Shown here piece after piece: positions 33,428-44,519 of a stretch of 64,000 nt of DNA. Every line of letters starts with the position of its first letter. Positions within the stretch are counted from its first letter, which is position 1. Where the stretch lies: contig CAVZPM010000036.1 in the NCBI GenBank assembly GCA_963777155.1, positions 76,483 to 140,482 on the forward strand, in the 5' to 3' direction. This DNA is from Candidatus Bathyarchaeota archaeon. GTDB taxonomy: Archaea > Thermoproteota > Bathyarchaeia > Bathyarchaeales > Bathycorpusculaceae. Under the pieces are notes generated by a model, which did no database searches, was not told the DNA's origin, and was given only the letters and a program-made list of their open reading frames with translations. The position numbers and the translations under genes were made by a program.

Positions 33428-33674
33428 TTTTTTACCGTTAATATGTTTGGTGAGATATGTAATCTTCTATTATTAGAAATTTGCTAAAGCTAAATTGCAA
33501 ACAGTGTGTTCATCTTGGTCGGTCAAAAAACATTCCGACTGTCGTATACTTGATTCCGACTATACTATTAGTCTAATGGTAATTCTATTAATTGTATGCT
33601 AAGTCGTGTCAACTGCGTAGCCTTATTTTTCTGTCGATCCAGAAATTAAGTAGGAAATAAAAAGAAGATAAGTC

Positions 33675-35834
33675 TTAGCTTAAGTCGATTCTTGCTATTT
33701 GTTCAAAGTTGTCTAAGCTGTTTAGTTGTACTCTTGTTTCGCTGAAGGTGTATAGCACGTTTTCTATGTATAGGGATCGGGTTATGAAGTGGTTGTAGTC
33801 AACCCATTGATAGGAGCTGCGGGTTATCAGAGCTGGGTCGTTCATCAGGGCTGCTGCGTTGTCCATTTGTGTGACGTTTCCTTGCAGTTCAAATCCGTTG
33901 GTTAAGCTTACTTTGAATATGTAGACACCTTGCCACACGAATTGTCCGTAGGTGTCGGGGGAACTTGATCCTGTGCCGATTCCTCCAACTTGAGTTGATG
34001 CTGTGAAGCCTGGAGTCGTCGCTGCTGGAGGCAGTGTTTTTTCGGGTACTCCGGTGATTATTGAAGTTGCAGTTTGATTTATCAAATACAGATCTACAGG
34101 TAGCACTAGTAGGCCTTTTGCGCTATCAAATAGGAAAGCTTTGGGCTCGTATAGGGCTTCGCTGCTGGTTCCTCGATCGCCAATATTGAATTTGGCTATT
34201 TCTTTTGGGTTATTTACGTCTGCAACGTCAAATATTGAAAGCTTCAAACCCAAATACCACGCAAAGTTCCCCTCTGAAGCTACGGCATCTTTGCCTAACC
34301 CAATCAGATGAGTCTCATCGAATGGATGCAGATAGTCTGAGTAGCCTGGAATGACAAGTTCGCCTAGAAGTTTTGGATTGTTAGGTTGACTTAGGTCTAT
34401 TACGAATAATGGGTCTGTTCTTTGGAAGGTTACTAAGTAGCATCGGTTGCCCATGAAACGGGCAGCATGGAAGTTTTCTCCTGTTCCTAGATTTTCGAGT
34501 TTGCCAACGGTTCGTAGGTTCATATCCAGCACGTAGATGTTGTTTTGCTGTGTTGAGGTGTAAGTTGCGGAATTGTAGTTGTAGGCTGTGGTGGCGATTC
34601 GGAAGTAATTGTTACTCTCGTCCATAGCATACTGGTTAAGTACGTTGCCTGTTACGTTTCCCTGAGCAGCAAACGTCATTGAAGACCCGGATATTGCTAT
34701 TCGATAAATTGAAGTCTTCTCTTGCCATGTTTCTTGCGGTATACTACCTATTGGAGCTCCCCCAGTAGTTGCTGGTTCTCTTAGTAGTTGAGGGGTGTAG
34801 CTTGGATAGGTGACGTATATGTTGGTTTGTGAGACGTATATGGTTCCTGCGCCTCCCATCATAATTGTCATGTTTGAGGGGTTCTGATTGATGTTTTGCA
34901 GGTTAAAGGCCAGGAAAGTTGTGTAGGAATAGTAGCTGTCTGTGAAGTTTGTGTAGTAAATGTTGGCTGGTGCAATTTCAGACGTTTTAGCTCCAGAATT
35001 TATCATCGGCAATATTGGTGTATCATTCACCAGGTACGCGTTCTGGTTAACTATGGCATAGACGTATCCTTCGATCATTCTGGAGTTGACGTAGTTGCCA
35101 GTCATAGTGAAGTTACTTGCCAGTTCCGGGCGGTTTTTGTCTGTGACATCATAGATGTGAACAAAGGTTGTTCCGCTGTTCCAGTAAGGATACAAATCTG
35201 TTGAGAAACCAGGTTGAAGTTCTCCATTGTCAGTATAAACGTAGGGAACGTATTGGTTACCTAGCACGATGAGTTTGTTTGTGTTTTCGTTTAGGTAAAT
35301 TCCTGATAAGTATGCGTTTTCGTAGGGTATTTTGTAGAGAACTTTGGCGTTTTGTGGGTTAGCATCCAAAATGTAGACTGTGTTGTTTCCAATCATGTAG
35401 ATGTAGTTTCCATCTGTCTTGACCTTGTCTGCTTCATCTACGCCTGCAACTTGAATGTTAGTTGTAGAGTAATCCTTTGTGTTTGTTCCACCCAGACTTG
35501 ACTCAGCTTGGCTCGGAACAGCTGAGGGTGCCTGAGAAGAGAGTCCAAATCTTGCATCGTAGGAGCCAAAAGATGATGATCCCGTGCTTGTTTTCAGAAA
35601 ATCCGCAAGAGCGCTGACGGATGAAAAAGTCATCATCGAAGAGACTTGGGGATTATTGCTGTCGGGGTTTGGATTATTGTTATTGTTGTTGGAACCTGGA
35701 TTGTTCAATGGACCCTGATTAGGCGTCAATGACTCGTTATTAAAACTGTAGATTGATGCAACTAGCAAAACAGCTAGTAAAATTGCAGCTAAAGTGTAAA
35801 TTGGCAGTTTCTTGTTAATTTCTTTCTGAACCAT
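33675..35834 (-). CDS. Secreted beta-propeller domain protein (Beta_propel family)
   Basis: YSTTNIQVAGVDEAD.VKTDG, VTFQRTDPLFVIDL and IPGYSDYLHP motifs. Confidence 0.9.
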   Translation of the reverse strand: MVQKEINKKLPIYTLAAILLAVLLVASIYSFNNESLTPNQGPLNNPGSNNNNNNPNPDSNNPQVSSMMTFSSVSALADFLKTSTGSSSFGSYDARFGLSSQAPSAVPSQAESSLGGTNTKDYSTTNIQVAGVDEADKVKTDGNYIYMIGNNTVYILDANPQNAKVLYKIPYENAYLSGIYLNENTNKLIVLGNQYVPYVYTDNGELQPGFSTDLYPYWNSGTTFVHIYDVTDKNRPELASNFTMTGNYVNSRMIEGYVYAIVNQNAYLVNDTPILPMINSGAKTSEIAPANIYYTNFTDSYYSYTTFLAFNLQNINQNPSNMTIMMGGAGTIYVSQTNIYVTYPSYTPQLLREPATTGGAPIGSIPQETWQEKTSIYRIAISGSSMTFAAQGNVTGNVLNQYAMDESNNYFRIATTAYNYNSATYTSTQQNNIYVLDMNLRTVGKLENLGTGENFHAARFMGNRCYLVTFQRTDPLFVIDLSQPNNPKLLGELVIPGYSDYLHPFDETHLIGLGKDAVASEGNFAWYLGLKLSIFDVADVNNPKEIAKFNIGDRGTSSEALYEPKAFLFDSAKGLLVLPVDLYLINQTATSIITGVPEKTLPPAATTPGFTASTQVGGIGTGSSSPDTYGQFVWQGVYIFKVSLTNGFELQGNVTQMDNAAALMNDPALITRSSYQWVDYNHFITRSLYIENVLYTFSETRVQLNSLDNFEQIARIDLS

Positions 35835-36521
35835 AACTTATGCCTCACTCATAGAGTAGGAGTGGTTGTCTTATTATGCTATGTTTGAGAACACGCTGTA
35901 CTATTAGTTAGTACAGAAGCGCATTCTATGGGGGTTTTGGGAAGTTTTGCCCGTTCGCGTGTCCACGATTTTGTGTACGGCGATTAAGATTGGTGTTTAA
36001 CAACCTTTAATTCCCTCCCCTACAACGTGTAGTGTATCTTAATAGAGGCTAAACAATGTCATGTCGGAACTCTATAAGCCATTCAAGCACATCTTCTAAA
36101 GAATTACAATTCCTCGGAGGATTTGAATAATGCAGGAAACATCGCTCACAGAGGAAAACCTCGACTCGACCCATTGCAAGCATTGTGCATACTTCAATGC
36201 AGCCTATTCTTACTGCAACAAGTTCCATAGAGAAACCGCCGAATGGCTCAAATGCCCAATAATTGATACCAGCATTTCCCCAAGAAAATGTCAAACTACA
36301 TATTAACAAGCAATCCTCAGATCATTAGAGGTAACATGAAGAATTGGAAAACGCTCGTTTTAGTCACGCAAACCAAGGAAAGGGCATTACAAGAATAAAC
36401 AACGAAATATGGGCAGCCTCAGTCGCAAACGCATCACCGTTTCTTTGTGGTATGTGGGTGTGCCCATCTAATGGCAACATTTATGTGGGTAGAATTGCAT
36501 TATAAATGTGGGTGCAACGTA

Positions 36522-36743
36522 GTGGGAAAAGCTAAAATGGATGAGCGAGGCAGAATCCTGATTCCACTCGACCAACGTGAGAAGCTTGGTTTGAAAACTG
36601 GAACCGAATTTGACTTAATTCGCCAAGACGGCGTCTTAGTTTTGAAGCCCCTGCTTGCTGAGCCACTACGAGTTGAAGGCAGCCACCGTAAATGGGGCAA
36701 AGAAGCATTCTTGGATTCTGGAGAAGCAACGTTTGGCGAGTAG
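36522..36743 (+). CDS. AbrB/MazE-type antitoxin
   Basis: MDERGRILIP...REKLGLKTG; GTG start at 36522 inferred. Confidence 0.85.
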   Translation: MGKAKMDERGRILIPLDQREKLGLKTGTEFDLIRQDGVLVLKPLLAEPLRVEGSHRKWGKEAFLDSGEATFGE

Positions 36744-36753
36744 TGTGGATTTT

Positions 36754-37218
36754 GTGGAGAAACGGGTTTTTGACCTTAACATTTTAGCAGTTTTTCTAGT
36801 GAAAGGACATCCTGGCTTTGAGTTTGTTTCACCGGTCGTAGAAGAGGGCTTAAGAGGAGCATACATTCCGTTGATAATGGATTTTTTGCCTATGCGTGCT
36901 TATTGGATAATGACTCAGCGGTGGAATCTTCCTCAAAAGGACTGCGCAGCTTCAATTGAACATTTCTTAAAGACATACAATATGCCACGCTACCCAAGCT
37001 TGAGTCGAGAAACAATTCTTGAGGGTTTTCGGTTGGCAAAAGATTTAAAACATGATGTTTTCGACTGCATGTACCTTGCACTTGCATTACAAGAGAAAGC
37101 AGTCGCGATAGTAACTACTGACACTGATTTTGAAAAGCTCTGCAACCATGTGGGCTTAAAGTACATTAACCCAGTGCCAAGAGAAGTACTCAAACATTTC
37201 AAAGAACAAAACAAGTAA
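36754..37218 (+). CDS. vapC: PIN-domain (VapC) toxin
   Basis: VFDLNIL, DCMYLALA and TTDTDF motifs; start may instead be TTG 36733. Confidence 0.88.
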   Translation: MEKRVFDLNILAVFLVKGHPGFEFVSPVVEEGLRGAYIPLIMDFLPMRAYWIMTQRWNLPQKDCAASIEHFLKTYNMPRYPSLSRETILEGFRLAKDLKHDVFDCMYLALALQEKAVAIVTTDTDFEKLCNHVGLKYINPVPREVLKHFKEQNK

Positions 37219-37390
37219 GCACTCAACCGACACCCTCATCGGGTTTCACACCATAAAGAATATAGAATGTTTATTCTGAATCAGAAATACCCCAACGACA
37301 AACATTTGTGGCTCGTGTTTTTTGGTTGTGCAAGTGTTACTTTAGAGTAAAATATTTTATATTATCAATAGATAGTATATAGCGATAAGA

Positions 37391-38575
37391 ATGAATATCG
37401 ATCAGAAGAAAATTGCCACAATACACGATTTCTACTTAGACTTTAAAACAATGTCTGATCAGCTTCGATGTCTCAAAGAAAAGTTTCCTTCAGGCTTAAT
37501 TATACCGATTCTTGGGCGTGATATTGAAAGTCCAGGGTTGAAGAAGATTGTTGATGAAATAAATCAATGCGATTATTTGAGCAAGGTTCTTGTAGCTTTT
37601 TCATCCACAGGACCCGGTGATTATGAAGAAGCTTTGAGGTTAAGTCGGTCATTTAAGGTTCCGTGCGAAGTGGTTTGGTGCAACAAACCTGAAGTGATAA
37701 CTGTTTTGGAAGAACTTAAAAGAAAAGGTCTCGATGTTACTCAGTTATCTGGGAAAGGCAAAGACGTATGGATAGCAATGGGTATAGCCTCACTTGATCT
37801 TTTTGCTTTTGCTGTACATGATGCCGATATTGTATCGTACACCAGAATGCTGCCCACGAAGCTGCTATACCCCGTTATTGAACCTAAACTTGACTTTTTC
37901 TTTTCGAAAGGATATTATGCGCGTATTGATGAAACTAGAAAAAAGTTGTATGGTAGGATTCACAGGTTATTTATCAATCCTTTGCTAGAGGTTCTCCAGG
38001 AGAAACTTCGCTATTCAAGATTTCTATTGTATTTGCAGTCCTTTAGTTATCCGCTTGCAGGTGAAATGGCGCTCTACAGCGACTTAGCCACGCATCTTAG
38101 AGTACCCAGTGATTGGGGGCTTGAATTGGGATTGCTCTCTGAGGTTTATAGGAATGCTTCTTTTGGCCGCATTTGCCAAATTGACCTTGGATTCTACGAT
38201 CATAGGCATAAGCAGATTGAAGCTAACGAGTTAATGACAACCGCTGAAGATAGTTTTGTAACTCTATTGAGAACCTTAACCGAAACCGAAAACATAGATG
38301 TCTCTGAACCTTTCTTAACCAGTCTTTATGTGGCTTATAGGCGGTTGGCGCAGGATAAAATAAGGCAGTATCACGCCGATGCAACATGCAATAATCTTGA
38401 GTTTGATAGGCATGAAGAAGAGGTTTCCGTAGACGCATTGTCTTCAGTCATTATTTCAGGCGGAAAAAAATATTTGAATAATCCAGTAAAAGCTCAATTG
38501 CCCGATTGGTTAAGAACTATGGCCGCTATGCCTGATATCCGAGAAAGGCTCAGGGAAGAAGCGATTGAAGCCTGA
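37391..38575 (+). CDS. gpgS: Glucosyl-3-phosphoglycerate synthase
   Basis: GKGKDVW, HDADI, KGYYAR, YGRIHRL, YPLAGE, DWGLE and YDHRH motifs; adjacent to the phosphatase. Confidence 0.85.
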   Translation: MNIDQKKIATIHDFYLDFKTMSDQLRCLKEKFPSGLIIPILGRDIESPGLKKIVDEINQCDYLSKVLVAFSSTGPGDYEEALRLSRSFKVPCEVVWCNKPEVITVLEELKRKGLDVTQLSGKGKDVWIAMGIASLDLFAFAVHDADIVSYTRMLPTKLLYPVIEPKLDFFFSKGYYARIDETRKKLYGRIHRLFINPLLEVLQEKLRYSRFLLYLQSFSYPLAGEMALYSDLATHLRVPSDWGLELGLLSEVYRNASFGRICQIDLGFYDHRHKQIEANELMTTAEDSFVTLLRTLTETENIDVSEPFLTSLYVAYRRLAQDKIRQYHADATCNNLEFDRHEEEVSVDALSSVIISGGKKYLNNPVKAQLPDWLRTMAAMPDIRERLREEAIEA

Positions 38576-39335
38576 AGGTATGAAGACTATCGTTTTCGCA
38601 GACCTTGATGGAAGTCTCTTAAACGACAAGTATGAATATGATCAAATAGAACCAATTATTCATCAACTTCTATCCTTAAATGTCGCCATTGTTTTTGCAA
38701 GTAGTAAAACAAGAAACGAAATTGATTTTTACAGAGATAAATTGCAGATAACAGATCCATTTATAATAGAAAACGGTTCAGCGATCCTAATACCTGAGAA
38801 TTATTTCGGGATAAATTATGAATTTACAAGGACTGTGAAAGGCTACAACATAATTGAACTAGGTACAAAGTACAGTAATATCCGTGAAAAAATAGAAATT
38901 GTAAGATATCGCACTGGCGCTAATATTGTGGGGTTTGGAGATATATCTGCCGAAGAGATTGCAAAAGACAGCGGGTTGCCCCTTTCTTTGGCGCAACTTG
39001 CTAAAAAAAGAGAATATAGTGAACCATTCAAAATTCTGGATGGAAAAGAGAAAGAAGTCTTGGACGCAATTAGCGGTGAGGGTCTTTGTTTTACCAGGGG
39101 TGGAAGATATCTGCACGCGTTGGGAAATTGTGATAAAGGAAAAGCAACGTCAATTCTAAAAAACCTCTATTTACAGCAGTTTAAAAAGATCTTCAGTATC
39201 GGTGTTGGAGATAGCGCTAATGATTTGACTATGCTAAAAATTGTTGATAAGCCCTTTTTCGTAAATAAAACAGCTGATAAAAAAGCCGTTTGGAAAGAAA
39301 TCGAGTCAATTGCACGAGCCCGACAGATTTCTTGA
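38565..39335 (+). CDS. gpgP: Glucosyl/mannosyl-3-phosphoglycerate phosphatase (HAD IIB)
   Basis: DLDGSLL, SSKT, ENG, REYSEPF, GGRY and GDSAND motifs. Confidence 0.88.
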   Translation: MKPEGMKTIVFADLDGSLLNDKYEYDQIEPIIHQLLSLNVAIVFASSKTRNEIDFYRDKLQITDPFIIENGSAILIPENYFGINYEFTRTVKGYNIIELGTKYSNIREKIEIVRYRTGANIVGFGDISAEEIAKDSGLPLSLAQLAKKREYSEPFKILDGKEKEVLDAISGEGLCFTRGGRYLHALGNCDKGKATSILKNLYLQQFKKIFSIGVGDSANDLTMLKIVDKPFFVNKTADKKAVWKEIESIARARQIS

Positions 39336-39340
39336 AATAA

Positions 39341-40573
39341 TTAATATTTGCCAATCAAATAGGGCTTGAGTTTCTCAAAGGTTTTTACTTCTTCAACAAT
39401 TTTTTCTTCGCACTCTTCTCGACTTTTATCCCAAGTTTCTTTTAGAAAAACAGCTACTCTTCCAATCCAAAGCACCCTTAACGCATCTATTAATCTCTCC
39501 CTGAAGAATGTTGGAGTTTTATGGAATTCGGCGATAAAAGAGTAAACTGTTTTTGCCCATATTTCGGAGGGAAATTCAATATTGGAGGTTTCTAAAAGCT
39601 GAAGCTCCGAGAATTTACGTTGAATATCCTGATCCAAAATTGAGCTGTATATATCTAAGTAAAAGGGATATTTGTTTTTGAACGCCTCTATAGTTTTGGG
39701 TAAGGAAACTTCAATTGTCTCACTAGTATCTTTATATTTGGCTTCTCCGGACATTGGCGTTTTAGAAATGCCATTTATTTCCTTCCAGACTGACTCGTAC
39801 TGTTCTATGCATGTGAACATTGTGTTAATTACTTGACGGAACATGGAAGCTAGTTGGCTGGAAGGATCTTTAGCGTCATGATTCTTCACTCCCAAGAGTG
39901 CTTGCTTAACTTCATATCCCTTGGCTAAAGCAGTTAGAGTTTCAAAAATATCGATGCCAAAACGGTTAACATCTGGAAGTTCCCACAGAGGAGAATTCAA
40001 AATGTCTTCCACCAGTTCGATTGAAAATCCAAAGTCTCCCCCTATCGGTTGTCTGATATCTTTGCCGAAAAGGGTCGCCGTTATTGGATAACATAAGAAG
40101 TTGGTTATTGTTCCGTCGTATTTGTATCGGTTGTAGTAGGGTGCTACAAAACCTGTTCCCGTCATTGTGGGGGCAATTAACAGTTGCATCCATTCTGGAG
40201 TTATGCTGCGCAAATCTGAATCTACAAGCGCTACACTTTTAACTTTGAGATGGCTGGCGGCCTCAAAGATAGCTCTAATCGCCCTTCCTTTTCCTGATAT
40301 TCCAATGTAGATTGCCGGGATCAATTTTACTTCGGAAGGCAAATAAACTTTTTTTATTGAATACAACGTCTTGTCTTTTGAGTTTCCGTCTGCGACAAAA
40401 ATTACTGACTTCAAATTTGGGAAGTAAGTGTCTAGACCCTTGGTTACTTGAGAGATAACGTAACTTGCTGTCAGGACATTGTTGAAAGAAGGAATTCCCA
40501 CCAAGATATCTGCTTTTTCTATGTCATGTAAATACACTTGGGCGTCCAACGATAATGCGGAGTCTTCAATCAT
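39341..40573 (-). CDS. ggs: Glucosylglycerate synthase (Ggs/MGS-like glycosyltransferase)
   Basis: GIPSFNN, GKGRA, DSDLRSITPEW, RYKYDGTITN, RQPIGGDF and FGIDI motifs; cluster context. Confidence 0.75.
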   Translation of the reverse strand: MIEDSALSLDAQVYLHDIEKADILVGIPSFNNVLTASYVISQVTKGLDTYFPNLKSVIFVADGNSKDKTLYSIKKVYLPSEVKLIPAIYIGISGKGRAIRAIFEAASHLKVKSVALVDSDLRSITPEWMQLLIAPTMTGTGFVAPYYNRYKYDGTITNFLCYPITATLFGKDIRQPIGGDFGFSIELVEDILNSPLWELPDVNRFGIDIFETLTALAKGYEVKQALLGVKNHDAKDPSSQLASMFRQVINTMFTCIEQYESVWKEINGISKTPMSGEAKYKDTSETIEVSLPKTIEAFKNKYPFYLDIYSSILDQDIQRKFSELQLLETSNIEFPSEIWAKTVYSFIAEFHKTPTFFRERLIDALRVLWIGRVAVFLKETWDKSREECEEKIVEEVKTFEKLKPYLIGKY

Positions 40574-40707
40574 ACTTGTTCCACCAACATTGTGCATGGA
40601 TTCTAAAATAGGATTCGCTAAGAATTCCACTCTTGGATACCTGATTCTTCAAAAGGGTATTGAAACTTCCAAAAAAGTTTGCTGTAACCCAAGGTCATGG
40701 AGCTAAA

Positions 40708-42088
40708 TTAATCTCTCAAGGTTATAATCACTGATATATCGTTAACATTGGTTCCTGTTGATCCTGTGTAGATGAGGTCGCCAAGTTTCGAGAAAAAATT
40801 GTAGGAATCATTATTCGCAATATACTTTTCAGGATCCAACCCTAATTGCCTTGCTCGTTTCAGCGTGGATCCGTCAATGATTGCTCCTGCAGCATCTGTT
40901 GCCCCATCAATTCCGTCTGTGTTAAAAGAAGCAATTACGCATTCCTCAGATTCTTTAAGGTTCAAAGCTGCGGACAATGCCAGCTCTTGATTTCTACCAC
41001 CCATCCCTTTTCCCCTAACGGTTACAGTTGTCTCTCCACCAGCGACAATCCCCAGAGATCTAGAAGTATCGTTGCAGACAAAACCTTCATTGGCAAGTTT
41101 TGCTAATGTTTTCCCAACTTCCTTAGCCTCACCCGCCAACATATCAGCTAATAATAATGTGTTAAGTCCTTTAGAACCTAAGAAGTCAATGGCGCCTAGG
41201 CAAGCTGTTCGGTTGTTACCAATCACCAAATTGTGAACTTTTTCAAAAACAGGATCATTTGGTTTAGGTGTTTCCTGAAGCAGACCACTTGCGCCTTCTG
41301 AAAGGATCTTGCGAATAGAAACTGGTATCTTCAACCATAAATCATATTTTTCAAGGATTTTTCTGGCATCACTAAATGTTGACGTGTCAGGAACTGTTGG
41401 ACCAGAGGCGATTGAATCAAGTGGGTCTCCCATGACATCTGAAAGTACAAAGTTTAGGAGCGTAGCTGGATAAGCTTTTTTTGGCAAGCCATCCGCCTTT
41501 GAAAGCTGAAAGATGTTTTCGAACAGCGTTGATTTCGGTTATTTCGGCACCGCTTTTGAGAAGGGCATTCGTAAGTTCTTGTTTATCCTCGAGTGATATG
41601 CCTTTGCGAGGAAGCGGCATAAGACTTGACCCGCCGCCTGAAATCAGGCAAATAACTAAGTCATCTTCTTTGGCTTGTTCGGCTAAGGCCATAATTCGTA
41701 AAGTGCCCGCTACTCCTGCTTCGTCAGGAACTGGGTGGCGGGCTTCGTTTAGTTTTATAACTTTAGTTTTTTGGCTTGCACCATAAGGAATGTTTACAAC
41801 TCCAGCGGTTATATGGTTGCCCAGTATCTCTTCTATGGCTTGCGCCATTTTACCGCCTGCTTTTCCTCCCCCTACAACGTAAACGTGTTTGAACTTCCTC
41901 AAGTCAAACGTGCAGTCTTCAACCACGAACTGATCGTTTTTAACTTTCATTTTTGCCTTAATCAGCCGCTTAGGGTCTGCAGCGTTAACAGCTTGCTCAA
42001 GGCACTGAAGAGCTAGGTCACGGCATCTGCGAATATTTGATGTTTCTCCGTTTTCGATTAACTTATCTCGATTTATAATTTTTACCAT
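40708..42088 (-). CDS. Glycerate 2-kinase (MOFRL family), frameshifted in a 7-A run at 41476-41482
   Basis: GGGKA, HPVPD, ISGGGSSL, RKHLS.KGG, SDVMGD, GGET, GGRNQE and TGTNVND motifs spread over two ORFs. Confidence 0.9.
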
Positions 42089-42304
42089 TCGCTTTACCGT
42101 GAAATTTTTTCTACCAGTCAATATGGATATGCCTAAATAAACAATCTTGTATCGGGCTATTTTAAAAAAAGGATTTGGTTTTGCCCTTTAAATGTTCATA
42201 CGTCGTGGAGTTTCGTTTTTGGATTCATTTGACCGACCATTTAGGTATCTATGGAATTTCAGCCGAAATCGGTTGGATTATCCACAGCCGCAGGAGACCC
42301 AAAA

Positions 42305-44395
42305 CTAATTTTGAACCGGGCGAGATTTGAACCGTATTCGATTGTGGGGGGTACTGGTTGCAACAAAGTCTCTAACGAAGCGTCCATCGGTTCCAGGTCC
42401 AGAATACTTTGAGGATGGGTGGAAGAAGGTCACAAATGCGTCGAAGTAGTTCTCTTCAATCTGGGTTTTATATCCTGAGATATACTGCAAGTTTACTGCG
42501 GCCGACTTAACGTTGCCGTATCCTTCAACCATAATGCAAGCCGGCGGAAGTACGTATTGCGGAGGATGGAGCTTTATCGGCACCGTCCACCCCGCGAATA
42601 AGGTGTTGGCATGGACTAGTATTTGGAGTTCGTCTTTTTTGAGCAGTTGAAAATTCTGTCCTGCAGGCGTACCGGCAAACAGCCTTTTCCGAACTGATTG
42701 ACTTCTCGGATTGTCTCCCACTTGAGCCACTGGCACGTAGGCAAAGCCGGTTGGTGTCTCAAGCCACAAGAAGAGTATCAAAGCATCTTCTGCCCCGGTA
42801 GTCGAATGTTTCTCTATTTTTTGAACGAAAATCATCATGTCAGGTAATTCAAAGTAGTCTGGAGTATGAATGATGGCTGTTGCAACAGTAGCATACATTC
42901 GTGTGACGCCGTTCGCGGGATTTTCTGCCCGTGTTTTCTGAGCATTCAGGATTTTGTTTAAAATGTCTTTTTCCGCTGCTGTTCCGAGAAGCTTAACGTC
43001 AGTGATCATGGTATCGCTCGTCTTTTCCCGTGTCGGAAGGATATTCTTAGGAAGCGGAGTGAGCGTGGGTCCATAGGGTACAAGTACTGATTCCAGTGTG
43101 ACAGATGATGGAGGGTGAGCATTTTTCCAAATGTCGTTTAGAGTTCTTTTTGTTTTTTCCACGTACTCAAGGTCATTGGTGTAGAAGGTGTTATCGAAAT
43201 GCGGTGTTGACTCAAGGTTATCTTGGTCTGGAGATCGTGTCTTGAATTGGAAGAGGTGTTTTCCGTCGACGATTGTGGTTCCAAGATAGTTTAAGGGAGC
43301 GTGTCTGACCTCACAGATTTTTGAAAGCTGTTTTGCTGCCTCAAAGTTCTCGCTTATTATAGGCGCCATGATTTTGATTGAGACCCCGTTTTGGCTCCAA
43401 GCTGCGACGAGGACTATTTGTTTGCAGATTTCAATAATTCCTTTCGAGGAAGTCAACAGTATGATTTCCTCATTTGCCGACCGCAACGTTTCATTGTATT
43501 TTTTCTCGGCTGTCTTTCCATCGACAATAACGTATGTTTTGGCTGGTGGCTTGCCAGTTTCGATTTCGGCTATCTTTTTGCCAATGTCTGTTGAATTGCG
43601 CCATAAGTCTTCAAAGACAGCAGTAAATGCTTGCACAAGAGTCTTACTGTCTGTCCAGAGGCACACGTCATCTTGTTCTATAGCAGACGTTTCCGTTCGC
43701 GGTCTAATGAAGAATAACGCTTCTTCCTCATCTCTTAAGACCATTTGAGGAAACATACTCAAGCTAAGGTCTGGGTTTCTTCCCTCTACGTTGAGTTTAG
43801 CTTTTGCAGTTTCCTTCAGAAGAGCTTTCATGGCATTTACGTTCTGCTTTGATAGTTCGACAAGGAATCGGAATTGAATCTGGGATTTCAAAGGATGAGG
43901 GAATCCAATGTCGAAAATGCCTCGTTGATCAGCTTGGATCAAGCCCGGAACCGTTGTTATGGTTAGAATTTGGTTTTTTGTTTCTTGGATCATTTGCTGG
44001 ATTCTTGAGTATATATAGCTCCTACCTTCAACTACTGTAAACTTTGCGGGCATGTCTTTTTCTGCAATTTTGAGGCTCTGCCAATTGGAGAGAATTTCTT
44101 TTTTGCTGCTTTGCAGTCGCCGTGTTTCTTCCAGCTGCGCCTTTATGAATAAGTCCAAAACTTTTTCAAAGGGCAATGCGCTGAACCGAGCGGGATGCTC
44201 AATGGTGGAGCTTATTATTCCCTTGCTTTTCATGCTCCTAAGACTGGAGTAGAGCTGCTCCTTAGATATTTTTAGTGCTTTGCGTATGTCTAATCCCTTT
44301 TGTAGACCCTTCTTGGCGAGAAAAACGTAGACGGCGGCATCTATGTACGTGAGTCCAAAGTCCATAAGTGTCTTAAGCACTTGTTCTTGACTCAT
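42305..44395 (-). CDS. Long TrmB-family regulator: wHTH + coiled coil, two PLD-like TrmB sensor repeats, extra ~190-aa C-terminal domain
   Basis: FGLTYIDAAVYVFL...LYSSLRSMKSKGII; two repeats ending FEDLWRNS and LNDIWKNA. Confidence 0.88.
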   Translation of the reverse strand: MSQEQVLKTLMDFGLTYIDAAVYVFLAKKGLQKGLDIRKALKISKEQLYSSLRSMKSKGIISSTIEHPARFSALPFEKVLDLFIKAQLEETRRLQSSKKEILSNWQSLKIAEKDMPAKFTVVEGRSYIYSRIQQMIQETKNQILTITTVPGLIQADQRGIFDIGFPHPLKSQIQFRFLVELSKQNVNAMKALLKETAKAKLNVEGRNPDLSLSMFPQMVLRDEEEALFFIRPRTETSAIEQDDVCLWTDSKTLVQAFTAVFEDLWRNSTDIGKKIAEIETGKPPAKTYVIVDGKTAEKKYNETLRSANEEIILLTSSKGIIEICKQIVLVAAWSQNGVSIKIMAPIISENFEAAKQLSKICEVRHAPLNYLGTTIVDGKHLFQFKTRSPDQDNLESTPHFDNTFYTNDLEYVEKTKRTLNDIWKNAHPPSSVTLESVLVPYGPTLTPLPKNILPTREKTSDTMITDVKLLGTAAEKDILNKILNAQKTRAENPANGVTRMYATVATAIIHTPDYFELPDMMIFVQKIEKHSTTGAEDALILFLWLETPTGFAYVPVAQVGDNPRSQSVRKRLFAGTPAGQNFQLLKKDELQILVHANTLFAGWTVPIKLHPPQYVLPPACIMVEGYGNVKSAAVNLQYISGYKTQIEENYFDAFVTFFHPSSKYSGPGTDGRFVRDFVATSTPHNRIRFKSRPVQN

Positions 44396-44519
44396 TTTTG
44401 CTTTCCTGAGCGCCCCCACGCACTTGGTAATTAGACTGGTAGTTTTCTTTCCTACTGCCTCTAGTATATACCTTCTAAACTAAATAATATTTTCCGCTCA
44501 GAAAAAAAGAGAAGGAAAA

